Assembly (NCBI GenBank): GCA_041749375.1
Contig: JBGTBN010000050.1
Coordinates: 6,789-70,788 of the forward strand
DNA length: 64,000 bases
Direction: 5' to 3'
Source: Spirochaetota bacterium
Lineage (GTDB): Bacteria; Spirochaetota; UBA4802; UBA5550
The first letter of the stretch is position 1; the number at the start of each line of letters is the position of its first letter. The notes beneath the pieces were generated by a model. That model saw only the letters and a program-made list of their open reading frames with translations. It had not been told where the DNA came from and made no database searches. A program made the position numbers and the translations under genes. Shown piece after piece: positions 8,433-17,284 of this stretch.

Positions 8433-8735
8433 ATGAATATTTCAATTACGCCCTCAGCACGAGAAGAATTGAACAAGGTGATGCAGGGCTCGGAGTTCAG
8501 CAAGCCGGCGCTGAGGGTTGTTTTTTCAGGGTATGGTTGAGGCGGTCCCCGCCTGGGACTGGCTCTGGATGAGCTGGAAAACAATACCGACCGCGTCGTT
8601 GAAAGTGATGGTATCACGATCATGCTCGATGAAAAGATTCTCGGATATCTCGACACGGTGCCGGTGGTGAAGGTTGATTACACGAAAAGTCGCTACGGTT
8701 CAGGATTTATTATTGAAGGCGGATCCCGCTGCTGA
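8433..8735 (+). CDS. HesB/IscA-like selenoprotein (in-frame UGA = Sec at 8538..8540)
   Basis: MNISITPSAREELNKVMQGSEFSKPALRVVFSGYG-U-GGPRLGLALDELENNTDRVVESDGITIMLDEKILGYLDTVPVVKVDYTKSRYGSGFIIEGGSRC*. The TGA replaces the conserved Cys of the HesB/IscA G-G-C-G-G-like loop. The frame stays family-like on both sides. The gene has its own promoter, RBS and terminator. Confidence 0.8.
8544..8560 (+). promoter_or_regulatory. Candidate bacterial SECIS hairpin (GGUCCC-CGCCU-GGGACU)
   Basis: The stem-loop starts 4 nt after the UGA: 6 pairs including one G-U, with a 5-nt loop containing G. An alternative hairpin GGCGG-UCC-CCGCC lies at 8541..8553. Confidence 0.4.
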
Positions 8736-8766
8736 AATAACAGTCCAGGAGTGCAGTTCACAAAAG

Positions 8767-8797
8767 AACGGGACGGCAGATGCCGCCCCGTTTTTTT
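8767..8797. terminator. Bidirectional intrinsic terminator between the convergent selenoprotein and rubrerythrin genes
   Basis: aacGGGACGGCagatGCCGCCCCgttttttt: a GC stem with one mismatch, followed by T7 on the plus strand and a T-rich tract on the minus strand. Confidence 0.75.
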
Positions 8798-8814
8798 GTC
8801 ATATCCGGGCATTG

Positions 8815-9390
8815 TTAAAAGTTGTCGTCCAATACCTCGAAGTATGACTTGGGATGCAGGCAGGTGGGGCAGGTTTCAGGAGCGCCTTCGCCCTCATGAA
8901 TATACCCGCAATTGCGGCATTTCCATTTCTTTTTCTCTTTCTTCTTAAATACGGTCCCGTCCTCGATGTTTTTCGCAAGGGCACGATACCGCTCCTCATG
9001 GTGCTTTTCGACCTCTGCAATCTTTCTCCATGCGATGGCAATCTCCTTGAACCCTTCCTGTTCGGCGATGTCCGCGAACTCCGGATAGAGCTTCGTGTGC
9101 TCCTCGTTTTCACCGTCAGCTGCAGCTTTCAGGTTGTCGACCGTCTTCCCGATGACCCCGGCGGGGTAAGAAGCATTGATCTCCACCATGCCTCCCTCGA
9201 GAAACTTGAAGAAGCGCTTGGCGTGCTCCTTCTCGTTATCCGACGTTTCGTTGAAGATGGCTGCTATCTGCTCGTAGCCTTCTTTTTTCGCCTGGGAGGC
9301 GAAGTAGTTATAACGGGTCCTCGCCTGGGATTCGCCGGCAAAGGATGCCAGCAGATTTTTCTCGGTTTTTGTTCCTTTTAAACTCTTCAT
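8815..9390 (-). CDS. rbr: Rubrerythrin
   Basis: [64 protein letters not shown] is the diiron four-helix bundle. The C-terminal rubredoxin-like CRNCGY...CPTC is present. AGGAG RBS precedes ATG 9390. Confidence 0.95.
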   Translation of the reverse strand: MKSLKGTKTEKNLLASFAGESQARTRYNYFASQAKKEGYEQIAAIFNETSDNEKEHAKRFFKFLEGGMVEINASYPAGVIGKTVDNLKAAADGENEEHTKLYPEFADIAEQEGFKEIAIAWRKIAEVEKHHEERYRALAKNIEDGTVFKKKEKKKWKCRNCGYIHEGEGAPETCPTCLHPKSYFEVLDDNF

Positions 9391-9468
9391 TATTTTCTCC
9401 TGAGTTGGTGTCGTTTCGCATGCGGACCGCCGGATCATTGTATTTGTCAGGCGCGGCCGCATTCATTG

Positions 9469-9999
9469 TTATGCGCCGGCTCCGGCCAACCCGGCGTAGA
9501 GCACCATGTTCAACATGCGCTGCGCCAGCTCGCGGTCCTTCATTAACAGTCCGTTCCCGTCATTGCCGATAAGCTTGAGTTCGTCCAGTATCGTCAAAGC
9601 GGAGGCCTCCTCCTCAACCTGCTCGGCCACGAACCACTGGAGCATCTGGTTTGTCGCGTGGTCCTTTTCCGCGATCGCGAGATTAACGAGATCGTTGATC
9701 AGGCCCGTCACCTTCTGCTCGTGCTTATATACTTCCTCGAAAACATGCTCGGGCGACTTCCAGTCGGTCGGCGGTCCGTCTATCGGCTTCAGCAAGACCC
9801 TGCCGCCGCGATCGAACATGTAGTTGTACAGCTTGCGGGAGTGTGCGAATTCCTCCGCCGCCTGTATCTCCATCCAGTGGGCAAAGCCGCGGAGTCCCTT
9901 GTCCTGGAAAAAGGCGGACATCGAGAGGTACAGGTACCCGGAATACTGCTCGGCGTTTACCTGTGCATTTATGGCTTCCTCTATTTTTTTGTTGATCAT
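9469..9999 (-). CDS. ftn: Ferritin (non-heme, bacterial type)
   Basis: MINKKIEEAINAQVNAEQYSGYLYLSMSAFFQDKGLRGFAHWMEIQAAEEFAHSRKLYNYMFDRGG matches the ferritin ferroxidase-centre helices. AGGAGG RBS is present. Confidence 0.9.
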   Translation of the reverse strand: MINKKIEEAINAQVNAEQYSGYLYLSMSAFFQDKGLRGFAHWMEIQAAEEFAHSRKLYNYMFDRGGRVLLKPIDGPPTDWKSPEHVFEEVYKHEQKVTGLINDLVNLAIAEKDHATNQMLQWFVAEQVEEEASALTILDELKLIGNDGNGLLMKDRELAQRMLNMVLYAGLAGAGA

Positions 10000-10009
10000 G
10001 CCGTACCTC

Positions 10010-10387
10010 CTATTTTTTCCAGAGGCCGTGGAGGTTGCAGTATTCCCTGATCGTCGATTTCTCGTCGACGCAGCAGAATTCCGCTTCCGGCGCCTGTCCC
10101 GGCTTCAGGAAGGTGCGGTTCGAGGTCCCGTCCGCGGTGATGACCTGGATCCACTCGATATAGTGCTTTTCCTCCATCGGGTGTGCGACCTCGCCGACTT
10201 TTGCTTTGATCCCATGATCGGTTTTGCTCACGGCGGGAACATGCTTCTCCTTAGCCGCGTCAGTCGTGTTTTCCGTAAGAAGCGTCATGTCCTGGCCGCA
10301 GCATACCAGCGTACCGACGCCTTCGTGGATCATTTCAACCATATTACCGCAAACCTGGCATTTGTAAACCTCAAGTCTTTTTGTCAT
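10010..10387 (-). CDS. dfx: Desulfoferrodoxin (2Fe superoxide reductase)
   Basis: The N-terminal desulforedoxin motif is [24 protein letters not shown]. It is followed by the SOR domain (EKHVPAV...). GGAGG RBS is present. Confidence 0.95.
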   Translation of the reverse strand: MTKRLEVYKCQVCGNMVEMIHEGVGTLVCCGQDMTLLTENTTDAAKEKHVPAVSKTDHGIKAKVGEVAHPMEEKHYIEWIQVITADGTSNRTFLKPGQAPEAEFCCVDEKSTIREYCNLHGLWKK

Positions 10388-10456
10388 GGTTCTACCTCCG
10401 TTAGTATCTGTATATATCGCATCGGGCGGCGCGTGCGGGAACGCGTCCCGGTCGCG

Positions 10457-11461
10457 TCACTGCTGAATAGTGATCTTCCCTCTGAAAATCCTGTAAACAT
10501 AGAATGTGTAACCCAGGACAATAGGCATCCCGATCGCCGCTATAATCAGCATGACCGTGAGCGTAAGCTGCCCTGATGACGTGGTGTAAATCGAAAGGTG
10601 GGGTATGCCTTCCGCGACCGACCTGACAAGGTCGGGGAACTGCAGGGAAGCGGTTATTCCCCACAGTCCGATAAACGCGATTCCAGACATCATGAACGGA
10701 ATGATGCCCGTTCCGCGGACGGTCTGCCTCAGGCCAAGGACCACGGCTCCACCCACAACCGCGGTGAAGATCCACGCGGGTATGCTGCCCATTCTCTCGG
10801 GATACACCAGCGCGGACACGGCAATTGCGGCGACAAATAGGATTGCAAACGCCATCCAGAGCTTTTTACCGAAGTTTCTCGCGCGTTCGCTGACCGGGCC
10901 TTCGGTCTTGATCATCGCATACATGGATCCATGAAGGAGGATCGCGCAGAGACCCAGTAAGCCCGTGGAAAGGGGCAGGGGCCGCAGGAGCGTGAAAAAG
11001 TTCCCCGTGAATTCCATTCTGTTATCGAGGGGTATCCCCTGGATCACGTTGCCAAGCGCAACGCCGAATAGTAGCGACGGAAGGAAGCTACCGATGGCAA
11101 ATGCCCACTTCCAGAGGCCGCGGCGTTGTTGATCGAGAGACCAGAATTCAAAAGAAACGGCCCTGAATATAAGGGCGAACAGGACAAGCATGAGCGCCAG
11201 GTAAAACCCGCTGAAAACTGTCGCGTACACGTGGGGAAACGCAGCGAACAGGGCGCCACCTGCAGTCAGAAGCCATACTTCATTCCCGTCCCAGAACGGT
11301 CCGATAGCGGTAAGCAGGGACGCGGTTTCCCTATCGTCCTTCGCGAGAAAGGGGAGGAGTGACCCCACTCCCAGGTCAAAGCCATCGAGCACGGAATATC
11401 CAATGAAGAGCACGCCGATAAGGAAAAACCAGGTTATCTGTAAAGCCTGCATGGTATCCAT
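10457..11461 (-). CDS. cydB: Cytochrome bd ubiquinol/menaquinol oxidase subunit II
   Basis: A 334-aa polytopic protein (WFFLIGVLFIGYSVLDGFDLGVG... is a typical CydB N-terminus). It lies 2 nt downstream of cydA. Confidence 0.93.
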   Translation of the reverse strand: MDTMQALQITWFFLIGVLFIGYSVLDGFDLGVGSLLPFLAKDDRETASLLTAIGPFWDGNEVWLLTAGGALFAAFPHVYATVFSGFYLALMLVLFALIFRAVSFEFWSLDQQRRGLWKWAFAIGSFLPSLLFGVALGNVIQGIPLDNRMEFTGNFFTLLRPLPLSTGLLGLCAILLHGSMYAMIKTEGPVSERARNFGKKLWMAFAILFVAAIAVSALVYPERMGSIPAWIFTAVVGGAVVLGLRQTVRGTGIIPFMMSGIAFIGLWGITASLQFPDLVRSVAEGIPHLSIYTTSSGQLTLTVMLIIAAIGMPIVLGYTFYVYRIFRGKITIQQ

Positions 11462-11463
11462 AG

Positions 11464-12795
11464 TTATTCTCCAATGTATCCGAGTGTGACCTTGTCAGGT
11501 CCCTTCCGCACGATAGTGACGAGAAGCTTTATGAAGATGGTGAAGATCAGGGCAAATATGATGCTGAACATGATGATTGTGAGCAGTATCTGCCAGGCAG
11601 GGACGACAACCGAGGCGGCGTCGGCCGTCCTGAGAATCTTGTACACGGCCCACGGCTGCCTGCCAATTTCCGCCGCCATCCAGCCAAGCTCATTGGAGAC
11701 AAAGGGGAGCGGAATCGCAAACAGCAGCGCCCATAAAAACCACCTGGCGTCATACAACTTTTTCGTTGCAAGCAGGAGTATGGAAATAAACGCGATAAGG
11801 GCGAACAGCGATCCGAGCCCGATCATGCCGTGGTAGACAAGGTATGTGAGCACAATGGGCGGCTGTTCATCGGCCGGGATTTCATCCAGGCCCTGCACTT
11901 TCGCTTCGGGATCGAAGTAGATGGCGAGGCTCAGCAGCTTCGGGACAGCGATCTCAGCGTGCGTTTTCTTCGCTTCCGGGTCCGGGATGCCGATGATTGA
12001 CATCGGGGCGCCGGTCCGGGTCTCCCAGAGGGCCTCGAACGCCGCCATCTTGGCTGGCTGTGTCTTGGCGACCTGCACCGCATGCGCATGTCCGGTGCCG
12101 AACTGGAGCAGTGCGGTAGCAATGAACACGACAAGTGATAACCGGAGAAGGGCGCGCGCCGGCTCGATATCACGCTTTTTCAGCAGATACCAGGCTGCGA
12201 TACCGGAAACGAAGAGCGAACCCGTGATCCACCCGCCGATGATGGTGTGGAGGTACCGCTCGATCGTTGAATGGTTGAGGGCAGCGGCAAAAAAGTCGGT
12301 CAGGACCGCGCGTCCGCCTTCAATCGCGTATCCGGCCGGGGTCTGCATCCACGAGTTTGCGATGATAATCCAGAGGCCAGACAGGTGGGAAGCCAGGAAT
12401 ACCAGGAAAACCGACGCCAGATAGGCGCTGCGTGAGATCTTTTTCCTGCCGAAAACCAGCACCCCGAGGAACACGGATTCCAGGAAAAAGGAAAATATCG
12501 CTTCCGCGGCAAGCGGGGCACCGAAGATATCGCCCACCATGCGGGAGTAGTTCGACCAGTTCGTTCCGAAAGAGAATTCCAGGACGATACCGGATGCCAC
12601 GCCCATGACGAAGACGAGTGCGAGGATCTTCGTAATGAAGATGGATATTTTTTCATAGAGCGGGGAGCCGGTTTTATAGGCCGTTCCCTCAAGAACTAGC
12701 AGGATCAGCGTGAGACCGAGCGTGAGCGGCGGAAAAATAAAGTGAAAACCAGCCGTCAGACCGAATTGAATCCTCGAAAGCATTACAGCATCCAT
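11464..12795 (-). CDS. cydA: Cytochrome bd oxidase subunit I (short Q-loop type)
   Basis: MDAVMLSRIQFGLTAGFHFIFPPLTLGL is the canonical CydA N-terminus with the heme b558 His. The GRQPW motif appears in EIGRQPWAVY. Confidence 0.95.
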   Translation of the reverse strand: MDAVMLSRIQFGLTAGFHFIFPPLTLGLTLILLVLEGTAYKTGSPLYEKISIFITKILALVFVMGVASGIVLEFSFGTNWSNYSRMVGDIFGAPLAAEAIFSFFLESVFLGVLVFGRKKISRSAYLASVFLVFLASHLSGLWIIIANSWMQTPAGYAIEGGRAVLTDFFAAALNHSTIERYLHTIIGGWITGSLFVSGIAAWYLLKKRDIEPARALLRLSLVVFIATALLQFGTGHAHAVQVAKTQPAKMAAFEALWETRTGAPMSIIGIPDPEAKKTHAEIAVPKLLSLAIYFDPEAKVQGLDEIPADEQPPIVLTYLVYHGMIGLGSLFALIAFISILLLATKKLYDARWFLWALLFAIPLPFVSNELGWMAAEIGRQPWAVYKILRTADAASVVVPAWQILLTIIMFSIIFALIFTIFIKLLVTIVRKGPDKVTLGYIGE

Positions 12796-12850
12796 GGCCG
12801 AACCTCACCTCTTATGGTTAATGCAGATTTTTTGAAAGTATGTATGAAGC

Positions 12851-13015
12851 TTAGTCTTCATACGGTTCGAACTGGTCTTTGGTTACGCCGCACTGGGGGC
12901 ATGTCCAGTCATCCGGGAGCTTTTCAAACGGGGTGCCCGGTTTTGCGCCGGAATCGGGATCGCCCGCCGCGGGATCATAAATATAGCCACAGACTGAACA
13001 GATGTATTTTTTCAT
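12851..13015 (-). CDS. rub: Rubredoxin (54 aa; below the ORF-track length cutoff)
   Basis: Reverse translation gives [54 protein letters not shown], with both CxxCG knuckles. AGGAGA RBS is present. The gene lies 55 nt upstream of cydA on the same strand. Confidence 0.95.
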   Translation of the reverse strand: MKKYICSVCGYIYDPAAGDPDSGAKPGTPFEKLPDDWTCPQCGVTKDQFEPYED

Positions 13016-13296
13016 ACGTCTCTCCTGATAAATTTTTTAATGTCAGATAATTACAGCGAATGGTGCTGTTGCCATTGCTTACAACACCGTTGCTTCAATA
13101 TAAACAGTGCAAGTTTAAATTGAAACAATTTTTTTTATTTGTCCATTAGAAAGAAAAGTAAGTTCGCTTAATCTAACATTTGTATTAGATACAAGTTACA
13201 AAACAGGATCAATTATTGCAATCAAAAAAGTGGTTATCAGGCATTATCGGGAAAAAAAAATCCGGTCATCCCGAACAAATTCCCGGAGTTGTACGA

Positions 13297-13719
13297 TCAG
13301 TTCCTCTGGCATTTCTTGCAAATGCCTCTGAAGTATATATGCTTTTCGGTTATCAGGTGACCGTCGATTTTCCTGTTGATGATGAGCTTTTTCTCGACAG
13401 GCAAATGGTCAATCTCGATATCGTAGAGTGCGCCGCATGAGAGGCATTTGAAGTGGCCATGAAGCGAAATGTCTGCGTCATACCTGACTTCATTGTCCTC
13501 GATCGTGATGGAAGAGACGAGGCCTTTCTCGGCAAAGGTTTTGAGAGTGTTATATATGGTGGTCTTCGAGAGGGTCGGGATATTCTTGATGACGTCCGCG
13601 TAGATCATGTCCGCAGTCGGATGGACCTGGTTATTCACCAGGTATTCATAAATCTTGAGACGGTGGTACGACGGGCTTATTCCGTTCTTCAGCAGCAGCT
13701 CTTTGATATCGGGTACCAC
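13297..13719 (-). CDS. perR: Fur-family transcriptional regulator, PerR-like
   Basis: LKIYEYLVNNQVHPTADMIYADV...TIYNTLKTFAEKGLV is the winged helix. HGHFKCLSCG...CKKC supplies the structural Zn CxxC pairs. I prefer the GTG start at 13719, 1 nt after the fprA stop. The track start 13776 would overlap fprA by 56 nt. Confidence 0.78.
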   Translation of the reverse strand: MVPDIKELLLKNGISPSYHRLKIYEYLVNNQVHPTADMIYADVIKNIPTLSKTTIYNTLKTFAEKGLVSSITIEDNEVRYDADISLHGHFKCLSCGALYDIEIDHLPVEKKLIINRKIDGHLITEKHIYFRGICKKCQRN

Positions 13720-13720
13720 G

Positions 13721-14887
13721 TTATGATGCCAGTTCTTTCCCGAGTTTTTCCGTAATGCCCGAGAGGAGGGCATCATCGGGAATATATTTCACCTTGATGG
13801 ATTCCAGCATCGTGAAGCCGCATGACGCAAGGTTTTCCTCCACCTGTCCCACGCTCTGGCCTCCCCACCCGTAGGAGCCGAAGGCCAGGCCGGTCCTCTT
13901 TTTCGGGGACAGCCCTTTTAAATAGGTGAGGAACGCGGACACCGTCGGTAGCATGTTGTTGTTGAGGGTCGGGGACCCGACGCAGATATAGCTGGCGTCA
14001 AGGATCTCCGTCATGATGTCCGATATATGGTTCGTCTGGAGGCTCATCATCTGTGCGGGTATCCCCCGGTTCTCAAAGGCCCGGGATATGGCGAACGCTA
14101 TCTTTTTCGTCGAGTTCCACATGGTATCAAAGATGATAAGGGCCTTGCCGGAGGTGGTGTTGTTGGACCACTCGCCGTAGGACCTGACGATGTCGGGTAT
14201 ATGCTTCCTCCAGATGATGCCGTGGCTTGGCGCTATCGTCGCGATCTCAAGCCCTGCCGCGGCAGAAAGGGCTTTTTTCACCTGTTCGCCGTAGGGGAGA
14301 ACTATGTTCGCGTAATACTTGCGCGCTTCAAAGAGAATGATATCGAGCGGGAACTCGTCGTCAAATCGCTCCGCGCTGGCAATATGCTGTCCGAACGCGT
14401 CGTTCGAGAAGAGAAGGCGCTCCTCGGGCATGTAGGTGATCATGTTATCGGGCCAGTGTACCATGGGGGTGAGCACGAAATTGAAGTTGTATCTGCCGGT
14501 ATTCAGCGTTTCGCCCGAGTTGACCGCCTTCAGGTTGAGCCCCGTGCGGTAGTGCTCGGACAATCCCTTGAGACCGTTCGGCGAGGTGAGTATCACGGCC
14601 CGGGGCGCGATCCGTGCGATATCGGGCAGTGAACCCGAATGGTCCATCTCAACATGGTTGGATATAACGTAATCGATTTTGGAGGGGTCCACGACGGTCC
14701 GTATGCGCTCGAGCATCTCGTCGCACAGGTAATATTTCACCGTGTCTATCAGCGTGATTTTCTCGTCAATGACTAGATACGCGTTGTACGTGGAGCCACG
14801 CTGGGTCAGGTAGCCGTGGAAGTTGCGCAGGTCCCAGTCGATCCCGCCGACCCAGAAGATGTTGTCTGTGATTTTAACTGCCTTCAT
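13721..14887 (-). CDS. fprA: Flavodiiron protein (FprA / rubredoxin:oxygen oxidoreductase type)
   Basis: The N-terminal metallo-beta-lactamase-like diiron domain contains NHVEMDHSGSL. The C-terminal flavodoxin-like domain contains ALIIFDTMWNSTKK. The N-terminus MKAVKITDNIFWVGGIDWDLRNFHGY is typical of the family. Confidence 0.9.
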   Translation of the reverse strand: MKAVKITDNIFWVGGIDWDLRNFHGYLTQRGSTYNAYLVIDEKITLIDTVKYYLCDEMLERIRTVVDPSKIDYVISNHVEMDHSGSLPDIARIAPRAVILTSPNGLKGLSEHYRTGLNLKAVNSGETLNTGRYNFNFVLTPMVHWPDNMITYMPEERLLFSNDAFGQHIASAERFDDEFPLDIILFEARKYYANIVLPYGEQVKKALSAAAGLEIATIAPSHGIIWRKHIPDIVRSYGEWSNNTTSGKALIIFDTMWNSTKKIAFAISRAFENRGIPAQMMSLQTNHISDIMTEILDASYICVGSPTLNNNMLPTVSAFLTYLKGLSPKKRTGLAFGSYGWGGQSVGQVEENLASCGFTMLESIKVKYIPDDALLSGITEKLGKELAS

Positions 14888-14994
14888 GGTGCGTCTCCCC
14901 GTACCGGAAATAGTGCGATCCGATCATCCGCTCCGCCGCGTTCATCGATGCGTTATGATCAAATCATTCTTAACCAGAGATCCGGGCGCCGTAT

Positions 14995-15024
14995 TTGTCA
15001 AGAATTCTTTCCTGCTCGTATAGT
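14995..15024 (+). promoter_or_regulatory. Candidate promoter for the cytochrome c gene (TTGTCA-18-TATAGT)
   Basis: ttgtca at 14995..15000 and tatagt at 15019..15024. It sits back-to-back with the fprA promoter. Confidence 0.35.
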
Positions 15025-15026
15025 TA

Positions 15027-15055
15027 AAATTACTTCAAAATTGTAATTATGTCAA
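15027..15055 (-). promoter_or_regulatory. Candidate fprA-perR promoter (TTGACA-17-TAATTT) with an inverted repeat filling the spacer
   Basis: Minus strand: TTGACA taattacaattttgaag TAATTT. The inverted repeat AATTAC-N9-GTAATT (15028..15048) lies between and over the -35 and -10 hexamers. Confidence 0.45.
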
Positions 15056-15186
15056 TTATTTTGCTTGAAACGTCTTAACGGCCGCATGTTTCGAGCGAGT
15101 TTTGGACGAGTGAAAAAATGATTGATTATTACCAGTCAGGAAACAAGAATGAACCATACTTGCAACACCTCAATCCGGAGGCGCAC

Positions 15187-16512
15187 ATGAAGAATCCCGG
15201 ACGCGATATCTTCCATATAATGATAATGATCATTGCTTGCGCAGCTTTTTCTGCCTGCTCGAAGGTGCCACATTACGAGCTGTCGAGGTTTGTCGATCCG
15301 GAGACCTGCGGCGGCTGTCACGAGGCCATCTATCAGCAATGGAAAGATTCCCTGCATAACCTGTCGCATGTCGACCCGATCTACAGGGAGGTTGCCCTCC
15401 ATGACCTGAAAGGCCTGACAGACAGCGATGAGATCAAAGAGGCGGAGCATTGCGTTGCATGTCACACGCCGGTCGGCTTCGTTTCCGGCATGCCCGCCAG
15501 GACCTCCGACCACCTGAAAAAGATTCCGGAGTTGGCGCAGAAAGGGATCCAGTGTGATTTTTGCCATTCGGCTACCGGCGCCAGAAAGATCTACAACGCC
15601 GAGATCAACCTCGAACCGGGGAACGGGGACAGCGACCCGGGCACCAAGAGGGGACCTCGCAACGACGCGCTATCGGATTATCACAAGAGCGCGTATTCCC
15701 CCTTTCATACACGGTCTGAGATTTGCGGCGTCTGCCATGATGTCCGGCATGTCGTATTCGGCACGAAGCTGGAGACCCCGTACGAAGAGTGGAAGAACGG
15801 CCCGTACGCGGCGAAAGGCATCCAGTGCCAGGGGTGCCACATGCACCAGCGGCCCGGCGTGCCGTCCACCGGCTCCACCGTGCGACCGGACAATCCGGGG
15901 GAATCGGTCTCCGGCGGACCCTCTCGGGGCCACGTGTTCACCCATTACTTTGTCGGAGGAAACACGCTGGTGCCGTCGCTTTTCGGGAACAGGGAGCAGG
16001 CAATCATGGCCGGGGAGCGGCTGAAGAATGCCGCGACGGTGAAGCTTGACGACAATGTAACCGGGGGTGTCATGCGGGTGACCGTGACCAACACGGGGGC
16101 GGGGCACGCCATTCCGACGGGCCTCTCGCACGTCCGGCAGATCTGGCTCGAGGTCACGGTAACAGGAGCCGGCGGAAAGGTGCTCTTCCACAGCGGAGCT
16201 CCGGACGAGTCTGGTGTGATAGGGCCCCCGGCGGTCATTTACAACACGGTATTCGGGGACGGAAACGGCAGGCCGGTCATGAACGTGGCAAAAGCACGAA
16301 CGATACTGAAAGACAAGCGCATCGGCCCGATGAAGAGCGTGGTGGAGTCATACCGTCTGCCGGAGATACGGGAGGGTACGGTCACGGCGGAGGTAAAGCT
16401 CTGGTACCGGATCGCGCCGCAGGAGCTGGTTGATTCGGTCCTCGGGAAGGGGAAACTTAAAATTCCGGCCGTTCTCATGGCATCGGACAAAAAATCGCTT
16501 TCGATGAAGTAA
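15187..16512 (+). CDS. Pentaheme c-type cytochrome, putative lipoprotein
   Basis: Five CxxCH motifs: CGGCH, CVACH, CDFCH, CGVCH, CQGCH. The signal peptide has a lipobox (IIACAAFSACS). GGAGG lies 6 nt upstream of ATG 15187. Confidence 0.85.
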   Translation: MKNPGRDIFHIMIMIIACAAFSACSKVPHYELSRFVDPETCGGCHEAIYQQWKDSLHNLSHVDPIYREVALHDLKGLTDSDEIKEAEHCVACHTPVGFVSGMPARTSDHLKKIPELAQKGIQCDFCHSATGARKIYNAEINLEPGNGDSDPGTKRGPRNDALSDYHKSAYSPFHTRSEICGVCHDVRHVVFGTKLETPYEEWKNGPYAAKGIQCQGCHMHQRPGVPSTGSTVRPDNPGESVSGGPSRGHVFTHYFVGGNTLVPSLFGNREQAIMAGERLKNAATVKLDDNVTGGVMRVTVTNTGAGHAIPTGLSHVRQIWLEVTVTGAGGKVLFHSGAPDESGVIGPPAVIYNTVFGDGNGRPVMNVAKARTILKDKRIGPMKSVVESYRLPEIREGTVTAEVKLWYRIAPQELVDSVLGKGKLKIPAVLMASDKKSLSMK

Positions 16513-16559
16513 CGGCACCCGGCGTCAGGACATTTCCCTGAGCGGTTACAGGACCTCCC

Positions 16560-17273
16560 GTGTCAAGATATAGCGCGGAAAAAATTGATGACGAAATCCG
16601 CACGATCCACCTGGAGATTGCAGACAGGGTCAAGGTGCGTCTTGACGGGTTCAGGCGCATCTGGGAATCGGGCGACGATACGGACCTTTTCGCGGAGCTG
16701 GCATTCTGCCTGCTCACTCCCCAGTCGGGAGCGCGGCGTTGTGAGCAGGCTCTTGAGCGACTGAAGAAGTCCGGGGGACTCTTCCATGGCGGCTTCGATG
16801 AAATATGCCCGGACCTGAATATTGTCAGGTTCAAGAACAACAAGACGCGTTACCTGATAGAAGCCCGCGAAACGTTCTGGAACAACGGCGGATCGCTGCG
16901 GAAATTTCTCGTGGAAAGCGGTGACATCCCGTCAATGCGGAAGTCGCTCGTCGACAGGGTCAGGGGGATCGGGTACAAGGAGGCGAGCCATTTCCTGAGA
17001 AATATCGGCCTCGGGGAGGAGCTCGCCATTCTCGACCGTCATGTCCTCAGGGTCATGGCGCGGCTCGGACTGCTCGGCAGCGGGATGGCCGGGAAGGGCG
17101 CGGGTACCGGGAGGCGCGCAGCAGGGCACAGTGTGATCCCGCAGTCCATATCCGGGAGGAAGTACTGCGATCTGGAAAAGCGCCTGCAGGGATATGCCAC
17201 GCGCGCCGGGGTGCCGATGGGGCACCTCGATTTCGTGCTCTTCTACATGGCAACGGGTGACATCTTCAAGTAG
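16560..17273 (+). CDS. ogg: 8-oxoguanine DNA glycosylase/AP lyase, Ogg2-type (HhH-GPD superfamily)
   Basis: GIGYKEASHFLRNIGLGEELAILDRHVL holds the HhH motif, catalytic Lys and Asp typical of archaeal/Thermotoga-type Ogg. It carries a Gly/Ala-rich insertion. Confidence 0.8.
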   Translation: MSRYSAEKIDDEIRTIHLEIADRVKVRLDGFRRIWESGDDTDLFAELAFCLLTPQSGARRCEQALERLKKSGGLFHGGFDEICPDLNIVRFKNNKTRYLIEARETFWNNGGSLRKFLVESGDIPSMRKSLVDRVRGIGYKEASHFLRNIGLGEELAILDRHVLRVMARLGLLGSGMAGKGAGTGRRAAGHSVIPQSISGRKYCDLEKRLQGYATRAGVPMGHLDFVLFYMATGDIFK

Positions 17274-17284
17274 GCTGGTCGCGA

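Noticed and set aside
8411-8656. An 81-aa minus-strand ORF, the only track ORF in this interval
   Set aside because: It is antisense to the much better supported UGA-recoded HesB-like gene. The translation is Ser/Pro-rich with no RBS or motif.
13040-13123. Cys-rich 27-codon mini-ORF (MSDNYSEWCCCHCLQHRCFNINSASLN) in the rubredoxin leader
   Set aside because: It has no RBS. It lies on the strand opposite to all flanking transcription, in an AT-rich promoter region. It is most likely a chance ORF.
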